Shown: piece after piece, positions 1 to 13,321 of the stretch | Layout: each line of letters opens with the position of its first letter | How positions within the stretch are numbered: position 1 is the stretch's first letter | Assembly (NCBI GenBank): GCA_964247055.1 | Contig: OZ176055.1 | Location: 3,968,001 to 4,032,000, forward strand | Length of the DNA: 64,000 bases | Origin: Paragordius varius | Lineage: Eukaryota; Animalia; Nematomorpha | Direction: 5' to 3' | The notes under the pieces: generated by a model | Database searches by the model: none | What the model was told of the DNA's origin: nothing | Seen by the model: only the letters and a program-made list of their open reading frames with translations | Program-made: the position numbers and the translations under genes

Positions 1-993
1 TTTTTAGTGAAAGCTAGATACTCCATTCGACGAAAAATATTAATATATAATAACACTAGACAAAAATTTGATTTTTTTAAAGTGCTATGTTGTAAATTAA
101 AAATTTATATTATTAATGTACATAAATATATATTATTGGTTACTCAAGAATTTTTTTATTAGGGTTTATCATATTTTTTGGCTTCGATTTAACATTAAGC
201 TCGAAATTTTTATAAATTGAACTTTCAGATATATAGCCAGGTATTTTATATCTTTCGATGTTCAAAATTTTCAACTCATAAATAAGTGTTCACAACTAAT
301 TTGAAAATCATATAAATTAATTTAAATTAAGTATTAGGGTCACATTAGTATAAATAAAAATTATTTATTTTAATAAAAATCTATATTTACTAATAATTTT
401 AGGATATTAAAATGCATAGTTTATAACTGTAAATTTATCACATAATGGTTAGATAAGATCAAGAATGCATTAATCTTTATTTGTAATCTTTGGATATTTA
501 GAATTACAAGCCTTTAAAGGAAAATAATTTATATTAATAAGATGGTAATTAATATACAAAAATTTTCTGTTTTGAATGACATAAAAGCAATAAATAAGTG
601 TTTTAATAAAAAAAAATGTTTTTTGATATTTTTTATACATTCATTGCATCTACACATAGTATGAGCTACTTTCATCCATCACTTTTAAAAATATATTTAT
701 TGGAAAAAACGCTCTTGCTTGGCGAGTTTGTCGCTTTCTTTGTTCTATATGAAATTTCGATGTAAAACATATTACATTTTTTGGAGTTTTTATTACTCTT
801 TCTAATAATATTGAATAAATGGACATTTGTTGTATTTAAAAATATTTTTTAGTAAAATTTTGAAGAGGGCGCATAATTACAAAAGAGATTATAAAAAATT
901 CTTAGGTAGCATAATTTTTAATTTAGATTTGCTGTTAAAATAGTAGTTCATATCAGGCAAACTCAAACGACAGAAAATTTAAAAAATTAAACT

Positions 994-1026
<33 letters not shown>

Positions 1027-2490
1027 AAAATTTGTCGTGGAAAACGCAAATTAGTGCCTTCCTGAAAATGTAGTTTTCCTAAAATCGCAAAGCCGAGGTT
1101 GCGCGATAAGTATTAAGTGCAAATAAATAAAAAAATGCACCAAATTTGGATTGTAAAAAATGCAATATGTTAAATGACAAAGAAATCAAAATTTATCAAA
1201 TTATATAAAAGTGTTTTTTATAGTATCTTAAAGCGTATCATACCGTTTACGCCATGCTTGAAATTACCAAGAAATACGGTTAAACAAAATATTTTCGATT
1301 TATCTAAATTTTAAAATTTATATTTGTAATTGTTTAGCTTCATATTATAGTTCATGATATAATAAATGATATTTTTTGGATAGAACTATTTAATTTTAGC
1401 AAAATACTTTATTGATATAATAAGCGAATTTTGCTACTTTTTGATATGGAGCAATTAACAAAAGTGGAAATGGCGTTTCTCATTGAAGGCTTTATACTGA
1501 AAGCATCATACTAATTCTGATACATTTTCTTCCATAAATATAATTCACATGAGTCTAATTTTATACACTCCGATTTTGTCCGCATAATATTATTTTTTTG
1601 TAATAAAATTAAAATTATACGGATAAAACATAAAAATTAAACGAAAAATATTTTTTTAAAATGACAATTATTCCTCTATAGAACTTGATATTGCTTACGT
1701 AACCTATATAATTAATATTTTAAAATATATAATATGATTGTTTTAAGACGCACTATATTCCTGCAACACAAATCGCAAAGTTATATGGTTTAGAAAAGGT
1801 AACACAAATGCTTTCATGAGTCGCATTTTTAAGAAAAAAGCGGCGTGCCGCATTCGATATATATAAATATATGGGGATTCGTAATTATTTTATTTCTTCA
1901 TATTCGTTGCCTATTGGATAAACTTATTCAGAATATTTGTTTAAAGAATATTAAGATTTTTTAAGTATAATTTTACGAATTTCGCGGGTCGAATATGATG
2001 TTCAAGATGTTGGACACTCCATGTTCAGAAAATATGATGAATCTTAAAAAAAATATTTGCTTTTATTTATTACGTTTTGTCTGTATAATTATAATTTTTA
2101 GAAATATATAGAGTTGGCAATAAACACAAATGATTGAAGTTTTTTTAATAGATCTTGCCAATAACTTTTAATTTGGTTTAAAATTTATGTTTTAAAAAAA
2201 TTAGGAGTATACGAAATCGCTCTTTTCTTCAATTATTTTTTCACAAGACATGAAAATCTGTACAAAATAACCTTACCATATCTCAATATTATATATGATT
2301 TAAATTTATTATTTTTGTATGATATAGTGACCCTATTTTTGGGGTTAAATATGGATAATAAAACATTAATTAAATATATTGCCTATAATGACAAATTTTT
2401 TTTGCAAATAAGTGTATTGTTACAAAATAATGGTGAGATAAGTGTATGAAAAAAATGTGTTATAACATTAGATGTTTCTGATGTAATGCT

Positions 2491-5400
2491 GAAGCCGCCA
2501 CTTTTAGTTATTAGGATAGATAGAGTGTAAAATGTGGGTTATTTTGGTTGAAAACTAATTCGAAACAGCTTTTAGCCGGACGGTTTGATGTATGACTTGG
2601 CCAACTTGATGCAACTCTATTAGATTATCCCATTTTTGTGTTTTATATCCATCCGTCACCGAAACTGCCACTTTCGCGTATTAGGATAGATAGAGTGTAA
2701 AATGTCGGTGGTTTTGGCTGAGAACTAATTCAAAACAGACTTTGCCGGACGGTTTAATGTATGACTTAAACCAACTTGATGCAACTCTATTAGATTATCC
2801 CATTTTTGTGTTTTACATCCATCCGTCACCGAAACTGCCACTTTCGAGTATTAGGATAGATAGAGTGTAAAATGTCGGTTGTTTTGGCTGAGAACTAATT
2901 CGAAACAGATTTTGTCGGACGGTTTAATGTATGACTTGGCCAACTTGATGCAACTGTATTAGATTATCCCATTTTTGTGTTTTACATCTATCCGTCACCG
3001 AAGCCGCCACTTTTAGTTATTAGGATAGATAGAGTGTAAAATGTGGGTTATTTTGGCTGAGAACTAATTAAAAACAGTTTTGTCCGGACGGTTTAATGTA
3101 TGACTTGGCCAACTTGATGCACCTGTCTTATTAGATTTTCCATTTGTGTTTTACATCCATCCGTCACCGAAACTGCCACTTTCGCGTATTAGGATAAATA
3201 GGAGTGTAAAATGTTGGTTGTTTTGGCCGAGAATTCGAAACAGACTTTGCCGGACGGTTTAGTGTATGACTTGGCCAACTTGATGCAACTGTCTTATTAG
3301 ATTTCCCATTTGTGTTTTACATCCATCCGTCACCGAAACTGCCACTTTCGAGTATTAGGATAGATAGAGTGTAAAATGTCGGTTGTTTTGGCTGAGAACT
3401 AATTCGAAACAGACTTTGCCGGACGGTTTAATGTATGACTTGGCCAACTTAATGCACCTGTCTTATTAGATTTCCCATTTGTGTTTTACATCCATCCGTT
3501 ACCGAAACTGCCACTTTCGAGTATTAGGATAGATAGAGTGTAAAATGTCGGTTGTTTTGGCTGAGAACTAATTCGAAACAGACTTTGCCGGACGGTTTAA
3601 TGTATCACTTGGCCAACTTAATGCACCTGTCTTATTAGATTTCCCATTTGTGTTTTACATCCATCCGTTACCGAAACTGCCACTTTCGAGTATTAGGATA
3701 GATAGAGTGTAAAATGTCGGTTGTTTTGGCTGAGAAGTAATGCGAAACAGACTTTGCCGGACGGTTTAGTGTATGACTTGGCCAACTTGATGCAACTGTA
3801 TATGATTATCCCATTTGTGTTTTACATCCATCCGTCACCGAAACTGCCACTTTCGAGTATTAGGATAGATAGAGCGTAAAATGTCCGTTGTTTTGGCTGA
3901 GAACTCATTAAAAACAGTTTTGTCCGGACGGTTTAATGTATGACTTGACCAACTTAATGCACCTGTCTTATTAGATTTCCCATTTGTGTTTTACATCCAT
4001 CCGTCACCGAAACTGCCACTTTCGCGTATTAAGATAGATAGAGTGTAAAATGTCGGTTGTTTTGGCTGAGAACTAATGCGAAAACACTTTGCCGGACGGT
4101 TTAGTGTATAACTTGGCCAACTTGATGCAACTGTATTAGATTATCCCATTTTTGTGTTTTACATCTATCCGTCAACGAAGCCGCCACTTTTAGTTATTAG
4201 AATAGATAGAGTGTAAAATGTGGGTTATTTTGGTTGAGAACTCATTAAAAACAGTTTTGTCCGGACGGTTTAATGTATGACTTGGCCAACTTAATGCACC
4301 TGTCTTATTAGATTTCCCATTTGTGTTTTACATCCATCCGTCACCGAAACTGCCACTTTCGCGTATTAGGATAGATAGAGTGTAAAATGTCGGTTGTTTT
4401 GGCTGAGAACTAATTCGAAACAGACTTTGCCGGACGGTTTAGTGTATGACTTGGCCAACTCAATGCACCTGTCTTATTAGATTTCCCATTTGTGTTTTAC
4501 ATCCATCCGTTACCGAAACTGCCACTTTCGAGTATTAGGATAGATAGAGTGTAAAATGTCGGTTGTTTTGGCTGAGAACTAATGCGAAAACACTTTGCCG
4601 GACGGTTTAGTGTATGACTTGGCTAACTTGATGCAACTGTCTTATTAGATTTCCCATTTGTGTTTTACATCCATCCGTTACCGAAACTGCCACTTTCGAG
4701 TATTAGGATAGATAGAGTGTAAAATGTCGGTTGTTTTGGCTGAGAACTAATGCGAAACAGACTTTGCCGGACGGTTTAGTGTATGACTTGACCAACTTAA
4801 TGCACCTGTCTTATTAGATTTCCCATTTGTGTTTTACATCCATCCGTCACCGAAACTGCCACTTTCGAGTATTAGGATAGATAGAGTGTAAAATGTCGGT
4901 TGTTTAAGCTGAGAACTAATGCGAAACAGACTTTGCCGGACGGTTTAGTGTATGACTTGGCCAACTTGATGCAACTGTCTTATTAGATTATCCCATTTGT
5001 GTTTTACATCCATCCGTCACCGAAACTGCCACTTTCGAGTATTAGGATAGATAGAGTGTAAAATGTCGGTTGTTTTGGCTGAGAACTAATTCGAAACAGA
5101 CTTTGCCGGACGGTTTAATGTATGACTTGGCCAACTTAATGCACCTGTCTTATTAGATTTCCCATTTGTGTTTTACATCCATCCGTTACCGAAACTGCCA
5201 CTTTCGAGTATTAGGATAGATAGAGTGTAAAATGTCGGTTGTTTTGGCTGAGAACTAATTCGAAACAGACTTTGCCGGACGGTTTAATGTATGACTTGGC
5301 CAACTTAATGCACCTGTCTTATTAGATTTCCCATTTGTGTTTTACATCCATCCGTTACCGAAACTGCCACTTTCGAGTATTAGGATAGATAGAGTGTAAA

Positions 5401-8400
5401 ATGTCGGTTGTTTTGGCTGAGAAGTAATGCGAAACAGACTTTGCCGGACGGTTTAGTGTATGACTTGGCCAACTTGATGCAACTGTATATGATTATCCCA
5501 TTTGTGTTTTACATCCATCCGTCACCGAAACTGCCACTTTCGAGTATTAGGATAGATAGAGCGTAAAATGTCCGTTGTTTTGGCTGAGAACTCATTAAAA
5601 ACAGTTTTGTCCGGACGGTTTAATGTATGACTTGACCAATTTAATGCACCTGTCTTATTAGATTTCCCATTTGTGTTTTACATCCATCCGTCACCGAAAC
5701 TGCCACTTTCGCGTATTAAGATAGATAGAGTGTAAAATGTCGGTTGTTTTGGCTGAGAACTAATGCGAAAACACTTTGCCGGACGGTTTAGTGTATAACT
5801 TGGCCAACTTGATGCAACTGTATTAGACTATCCCATTTTTGTGTTTTACATCTATCCGTCAACGAAGCCGCCACTTTTAGTTATTAGAATAGATAGAGTG
5901 TAAAATGTGGGTTATTTTGGTTGAGAACTCATTAAAAACAGTTTTGTCCGGACGGTTTAATGTATGACTTGGCCAACTTAATGCACCTGTCTTATTAGAT
6001 TTCCCATTTGTGTTTTACATCCATCCGTCACCGAAACTGCCACTTTCGCGTATTAGGATAGATAGAGTGTAAAATGTCGGTTGTTTTGGCTGAGAACTAA
6101 TTCGAAACAGACTTTGCCGGACGGTTTAGTGTATGACTTGGCCAACTCAATGCACCTGTCTTATTAGATTTCCCATTTGTGTTTTACATCCATCCGTTAC
6201 CGAAACTGCCACTTTCGAGTATTAGGATAGATAGAGTGTAAAATGTCGGTTGTTTTGGCTGAGAACTAATGCGAAAACACTTTGCCGGACGGTTTAGTGT
6301 ATGACTTGGCTAACTTGATGCAACTGTCTTATTAGATTTCCCATTTGTGTTTTACATCCATCCGTTACCGAAACTGCCACTTTCGAGTATTAGGATAGAT
6401 AGAGTGTAAAATGTCGGTTGTTTTGGCTGAGAACTAATGCGAAACAGACTTTGCCGGACGGTTTAGTGTATGACTTGACCAACTTAATGCACCTGTCTTA
6501 TTAGATTTCCCATTTGTGTTTTACATCCATCCGTCACCGAAACTGCCACTTTCGAGTATTAGGATAGATTGAGTGTAAAATGTCGGTTGTTTTGGCTGAG
6601 AACTAATGCGAAACAGACTTTGCCGGACGGTTTAGTGTATAACTTGGCCAACTTGATGCAACTGTATTAGATTATCCCATTTGTGTTTTACATCCATCCG
6701 TCACCGAAACTGCCACTTTCGAGTATTAGGATAGATAGAGTGTAAAATGTCGGTTGTTTTGGCTGAGAACTAATTCGAAACAGACTTTGCCGGACGGTTT
6801 AATGTATGACTTGGCCAACTTAATGCACCTGTCTTATTAGATTTCCCATTTGTGTTTTACATCCATCCGTTACCGAAACTGCCACTTTCGAGTATTAGGA
6901 TAGATAGAGTGTAAAATGTCGGTTGTTTTGGCTGAGAACTAATTCGAAACAGACTTTGCCGGACGGTTTAATGTATGACTTGGCCAACTTAATGCACCTG
7001 TCTTATTAGATTTCCCATTTGTGTTTTACATCCATCCGTTACCGAAACTGCCACTTTCGAGTATTAGGATAGATAGAGTGTAAAATGTCGGTTGTTTTGG
7101 CTGAGAAGTAATGCGAAACAGACTTTGCCGGACGGTTTAGTGTATGACTTGGCCAACTTGATGCAACTGTATATGATTATCCCATTTGTGTTTTACATCC
7201 ATCCGTCACCGAAACTGCCACTTTCGAGTATTAGGATAGATAGAGCGTAAAATGTCCGTTGTTTTGGCTGAGAACTCATTAAAAACAGTTTTGTCCGGAC
7301 GGTTTAATGTATGACTTGACCAATTTAATGCACCTGTCTTATTAGATTTCCCATTTGTGTTTTACATCCATCCGTCACCGAAACTGCCACTTTCGCGTAT
7401 TAAGATAGATAGAGTGTAAAATGTCGGTTGTTTTGGCTGAGAACTAATGCGAAAACACTTTGCCGGACGGTTTAGTGTATAACTTGGCCAACTTGATGCA
7501 ACTGTATTAGATTATCCCATTTTTGTGTTTTACATCTATCCGTCAACGAAGCCGCCACTTTTAGTTATTAGAATAGATAGAGTGTAAAATGTGGGTTATT
7601 TTGGTTGAGAACTCATTAAAAACAGTTTTGTCCGGACGGTTTAATGTATGACTTGGCCAACTTAATGCACCTGTCTTATTAGATTTCCCATTTGTGTTTT
7701 ACATCCATCCGTCACCGAAACTGCCACTTTCGCGTATTAGGATAGATAGAGTGTAAAATGTCGGTTGTTTTGGCTGAGAACTAATTCGAAACAGACTTTG
7801 CCGGACGGTTTAGTGTATGACTTGGCCAACTCAATGCACCTGTCTTATTAGATTTCCCATTTGTGTTTTACATCCATCCGTTACCGAAACTGCCACTTTC
7901 GAGTATTAGGATAGATAGAGTGTAAAATGTCGGTTGTTTTGGCTGAGAACTAATGCGAAAACACTTTGCCGGACGGTTTAGTGTATGACTTGGCTAACTT
8001 GATGCAACTGTCTTATTAGATTTCCCATTTGTGTTTTACATCCATCCGTTACCGAAACTGCCACTTTCGAGTATTAGGATAGATAGAGTGTAAAATGTCG
8101 GTTGTTTTGGCTGAGAACTAATGCGAAACAGACTTTGCCGGACGGTTTAGTGTATGACTTGACCAACTTAATGCACCTGTCTTATTAGATTTCCCATTTG
8201 TGTTTTACATCCATCCGTCACCGAAACTGCCACTTTCGAGTATTAGGATAGATTGAGTGTAAAATGTCGGTTGTTTTGGCTGAGAACTAATGCGAAACAG
8301 ACTTTGCCGGACGGTTTAGTGTATAACTTGGCCAACTTGATGCAACTGTATTAGATTATCCCATTTGTGTTTTACATACATCCGTCACCGAAACTGCCAC

Positions 8401-10446
8401 TTTCGAGTATTAGGATAGATAGAGTGTAAAATGTCGGTTGTTTTGGCTGAGAACTAATTCGAAACAGATTTTGCCGGACGGTTTAGTGTATGACTTGGCC
8501 AACTTGATGCAACTGTATTAGATTATCCCATTTTTGTGTTTTACATCTATCCGTCAACGAAGCCGCCACTTTTAGTTATTAGGATAGATAGAGTGTAAAA
8601 TGTCGGTTGTTTTGGCTGAGAACTAATTCAAAACAGATTTTGCCGGACGGTTTAATGTATGACTTGGCCAACTTGATGCAACTGTATTAGATTATCCCAT
8701 TTTTGTGTTTTACATCTATCCGTCACCGAAGCCGCCACTTTTAGTTATTAGGATAGATAGAGTGTAAAATGTGGGTTATTTTGGTTGAGAACTAATTAAA
8801 AACAGTTTTGTCCGGACGGTTTAATGTATGACTTGGCCAACTTGATGCACCTGTCTTATTAGATTTTCCATTTGTGTTTTACATCCATCCGTCACCGAAA
8901 CTGCCACTTTCGAGTATTAGGATAGATAGAGTGTATAATGTCGGTTGTTTTGGCTGAGAACTAATTCGAAACAGATTTTGTCGGACGGTTTAATGTATGA
9001 CTTGGCCAACTTAATGCAACTGTATTAGATTATCCCATTTTTGTGTTTTACATCCATCCGTCACCGAAACTGCCACTTTCGAGTATTAGGATAAGAGTGT
9101 AAAATATCGGTTGTTTTGGCTGAGAACTAATTCGAAACAGATTTTGTCGGACGGTTTAATGCATGACTTGGCCAACTTAATGCAACTGTATTAGATTATC
9201 CCATTTTTGTGTTTTACATCCATCCGTCACCGAAACTGCCACTTTCGAGTATTAGGATAGATAGAGTGTATAATGTCGGTTGTTTTGGCTGAGAACTAAT
9301 TCGAAACAGACTTTGCCGGACGGTTTAGTGTATGACTAGGCCAACTTGATGCAACTGTCTTATTAGATTTCCCATTTGTGTTTTACATCCATCCGTTACC
9401 GAAACTGCCACTTTCGCGTATTAGGATAGATAGAGTGTAAAATGTCGGTTGTTTTGGTTGAGAACTCATTAAAATCAGTTTTGTCCGGACGGTTTAATGT
9501 ATGACTTGGCCAACTTGATGCAACTGTCTTATTAGATTATCCCATTTTTGTGTTTTACATCCATCCGTCACCGAAACTGCCACTTTCGAGTATTAGGATA
9601 AGAGTGTAAAATGTCGGTTGTTTTGGCTGAGAACTAATTCGAAACAGATTTTGTCGGACGGTTTAATGTATGACTTGGCCAACTTAATGCAACTGTATTA
9701 GATTATCCCATTTTTGTGTTTTACATCCATCCGTCACCGAAACTGCCACTTTCGCGTATTAGGATAGATAGAGTGTAAAATGTCGGTTGTTTTGGCTGAG
9801 AACTAATTCGAAACAGACTTTGCCGGACGGTTTAGTGTATGACTAGGCCAACTTGATGCAACTGTCTTATTAGATTTCCCATTTGTGTTTTACATCCATC
9901 CGTCACCGAAACTGCCACTTTCGAGTATTAGGATAAGAGTGTAAAATGTCGGTTGTTTTGGCTGAGAACTAATTCGAAACCGATTTTGTCGGACGGTTTA
10001 ATGTATGACTTGGCCAACTTGATACTGTATTAGATTATCCCATTTTTGTGTTTTACATCTATCCGTCACCGAAACTACCACTTTCGCGTATTAGGATAGA
10101 TAGAGTGTAAAATGTCGGTTGTTTTGGCTGAGAACTAATTCGAAACAGACTTTGCCGGACGGTTTAGTGTATGACTTGGCCAACTTGATGCAACTGTCAT
10201 ATTAGATTTCCCATTTGTGTTTTACATCCATCTGTTACCGAAACTGCCACTTCCGAGTATTAGGATAGATAGAGTGTTAAATGTGGGTTATTTCGTTGAG
10301 AACTAGTTCGAAACAGCTTTTGCCGGACCGTTTAATGTATGACTTGGCCAACTTGATGCAACTGTCTATTTTATCCCATTATTGTTTTCCACATCCATCC
10401 GTCACCGAAGCCGCCACTTATGAGTATTAGGATGGATGGGTGTAAG
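2491..10446. repeat. Tandem satellite array, ~169-bp monomer, ~47 copies
   Basis: CCGAAACTGCCACTTTCG recurs at 4681, 4850, 5020, 5189 and 5358 (period 169-170). Consensus: GTATTAGGATAGATAGAGTGTAAAATGTCGGTTGTTTTGGCTGAGAACTAATTCGAAACAGACTTTGCCGGACGGTTTAGTGTATGACTTGGCCAACTTGATGCAACTG...TTTTACATCCATCCGTCACCGAAACTGCCACTTTCGA. Confidence 0.99.
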
Positions 10447-12033
10447 GTCTGTGATTTATTGTGTTAAAATTAAAAAAACATTAGATTTAATAAAATGATT
10501 GTTGAAATTATAGAAGCTCACTTTTTAAACAATTTGTTCACACGATCAAAAATATTTTATAGGCAAAATGTTTGAACTAAAGACAATTTTTTACAGAAAG
10601 AAAAATACTTTTAATAATCTAGATATTTAATACATAAATTATAATTCCAAAAAAATTTTTAATTGAGGTATATTAATTTACATATCTTTTGAGAAAATCG
10701 ACAAAATATACGGTTGATTTTTTTCATAATTTTTGTTATCTCTTTAGTGAATTACTCTAAATTTCGCTCACAAATATTAATAAAAATAAATATCTCAAAG
10801 TATTACCTTATATCAAAGATGGTAACTTATGATAGCTCAATTTTAAGAAATGTATTTACTCATTGTTTGACATCCACTACTATAGGGGTCTATTTACATG
10901 ACAATTAAATATTCTTATTTCATTAAATTGGCGATAACACTGATTATACAGGTCATAACATATGATATTCAGAATAATAAAATAAATTTGGCAGACGTAT
11001 GAACTTTAAATAATAAATAAATTTAATATACTCATTATACATAAGTTTTATAAAGAATTATTATAGGCCTATTAGTTAATCCAAATCAACACAACAATTA
11101 AAGGCTTGTGTTGGTGTTTGTAAGGAGACATCAAGGAACGTCAAGAAACAATTTTTTTAATTTATCACAATAGATTGCCAGATCAAGTGGAATTATTAAA
11201 ATATCGCTATAACATATAGTATACTTTGTGCGTATAGGCCATAAAAGTCACTCATTATACATTGAATAAACATTTATTCATCACGTTTTTTACCTAATAA
11301 AACTAACTGATAATAAAATTTATTAAATAAAACATGTTTAGTTAATGAATTCCCCTTAAAAATAATTTCCTTTTTTCGGTCTTTTGAGCCTTCCAATCTG
11401 TCGTTCAATTACCTAAATTTTATTAAATTTATTATAGACAAATTGTTGAACAGCATAATCATTTATTATTTTACGCACAGTTTTATAACAAGTTCTTTCA
11501 TTGTTGTGCCCATTCTTTCATCTATGGCTTTTTAACACAACGAATATTAGTTTTAGAAGTTATTATTTTAGAAAATCAAATACATGGTTGAAACTGATGA
11601 ATTGTCTAACCATAAATTAATAAAAAAAATGATTAAATCAAGGTTAATTATCTTATTCAAAAAAAACCTATTTCAAATCTTACATTAATGTTCCAGATAA
11701 TAATTAAATTTGTTTCAAATAATATTTTTGGATATAAAATAAGCTCAATTTTCACAATTTTGCAAAATTTGGTTTGTGAATTCCTGGCCTTTATCGCAAC
11801 CCAAGAAAATGACAACCTAATTTCGTCAGAACTGTTCTCTATTATAAAGAGCTATATTTATAAAAAAAAATGATTTAAAAATTAGTAATCTTGTCGGATA
11901 TAGTTTTTAATATTTCCACTATTTTTCATTTTGGTTCCAAATTATTATTTATGACCTTAAAATGTGGTCCCATTTGTGTGACATATTCCAATAATTTAAA
12001 TGCCAAGAAGTTTCAATTATGGATAAAAAGGTA

Positions 12034-12296
12034 CAGTAAAAACTGAACTTATGCGGACAAAACGTAAAAATAGAAAGACAAATTTTTTTAATAAAAGACA
12101 ACCATACTAATCTAAATCCTATATAAATTATTTATTCACAGTCGTTAAATATTTAATTTATTATGTTACCAATATATATCTCTGTTCCATACTTTTGCAA
12201 ATTTAAACAATGAGCTCTAATTTAAAAAATCGAGGTTTGAAAATGATTGTATTTTAAAAACATATTTGTCTTTACACATATAATTTTAATTTTTTA
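12034..12296 (+). mobile_element. TA-target (Tc1/mariner-like) MITE, decayed right end
   Basis: Starts TA|CAGTAAAAACTGAACTTATGCGGACAAAACGTAA, the same TIR family as 29498-29774. Its duplicated counterpart at 37210-37465 keeps both TIRs. Confidence 0.6.
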
Positions 12297-12843
12297 TACC
12301 AAAACAAAAGAATTTGATTAATAAAGAATTAGGTAAAAATTGGGAAAAATTAAATTTAAAAATTTCCTTTTAATCGGACCATTAAACCGCCTCTAAAATA
12401 AGCATAATAATTTTAAGGGATGCAAACACCTATAAATAGCGTAGAAATTTTAAGTTAGTTTGATTTAAAAACCTGTCGTAGGTGTGTCGTCAATTTTAAT
12501 GGATAGATTTACTAAAACAAACTGTTCTGAATCCATCAATAATAGAACCGGCGAATATGAGTTCTTCAGCTTTAAGAGTACCAAGCAGTCTTGCTAATCT
12601 ACCACCTTCAATTAAAAAGCGAAATTCAAAAAAATTGGGTAATTTTAAAAGCGAAAAGCTCTTTAAGCATAAATCAATGAGTATATCTGCATTTTTTAGA
12701 AATATTTTTTCCATATCGATGACAAATTATGATAATTTTTACCTGAAATCCTTCAATTTTTAATGGTTAGATTAAATGTAATGGAAAATCAAAATATGTT
12801 GTTGGCAAAAGATGTTTGATGTAACGGTCTACATACATTTTAA

Positions 12844-13240
12844 CACTAGACAATCTCCCACTCGAGTATGCATTTTCTAATATTTGCTATCTTTAACAGC
12901 AAATATAAATAAAAATGATAATTTCACCTAAGATTGTAAAAATAGATTTTTTTTGATTATACGCCCTCTTTATCAAAATTTTACTATAAAATGTTTTTCT
13001 TTGAAACTACAACATGCCCGATTGTAATTTATCATTCCTAATAAAAACTCTATAAAATGTATAAAAATGGCGGTAAAAAGGTTTAAGATGAGGAGTTTTT
13101 TACAATTTGACATTTGAAATTTTGGTATAATGCGCATAAAAGTCTAAAGCATATAAATTCGGCTTAATACCTTTAATATTTACGATATTCAAATTTTAAA
13201 TCGCTCAGGGATATAAACTACCCCAAAAAGTATTGGAGTG
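12844..13240. mobile_element. Old piggyBac-like MITE
   Basis: TTAA|CACT...GAGTG|TTAA ends. Internal AAAATGGCGG...TTTAAGATG resembles the 582-bp MITEs at 19588 and 50899. A related inverted remnant lies at ~15585-15765. Confidence 0.6.
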
Positions 13241-13321
13241 TTAAGATATTATAACTCCTTTCTATATGATGGTGAACATTTTTGTTACCTTAAAAGGTTA
13301 AGTTTGCTTTCAAAATTTATT

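Larger units (their letters stand above)
1..12759 (+). repeat. Segmental duplication, copy A (left end outside window)
   Basis: Position 1 (TTTTTAGTGAAAGCTAGATACTCC) matches 29981. Colinear similarity continues through the satellite and ends at ACCTGAAATCCTTCAATTT (12759 vs 40060). About 85-90% identity by eye, with many small indels. Confidence 0.95.

Noticed and set aside
2491-10446. CRISPR-like array
   Set aside because: The whole 169-bp unit repeats with no unique spacers, there are no cas genes, and the context is eukaryotic. It is a satellite.
11700-12714. Minus-strand exon remnants in the duplicated block (GRLARLLGTLKAEELIFAG; LGCHFLGL[R/Q]K, faintly vezatin-like)
   Set aside because: Copy A has stops in one block and copy B a frameshift in the other. 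Substitutions between copies are mostly non-synonymous and the resemblance is only a few residues, so no call can be supported.
12496-12830. TAA read as Gln (ciliate-type code), suggested by single TAA interruptions in protein-like frames
   Set aside because: PSMC4 joins perfectly under the standard code, uses CAA/CAG for Gln, and ends at TAA exactly at the conserved C-terminus.
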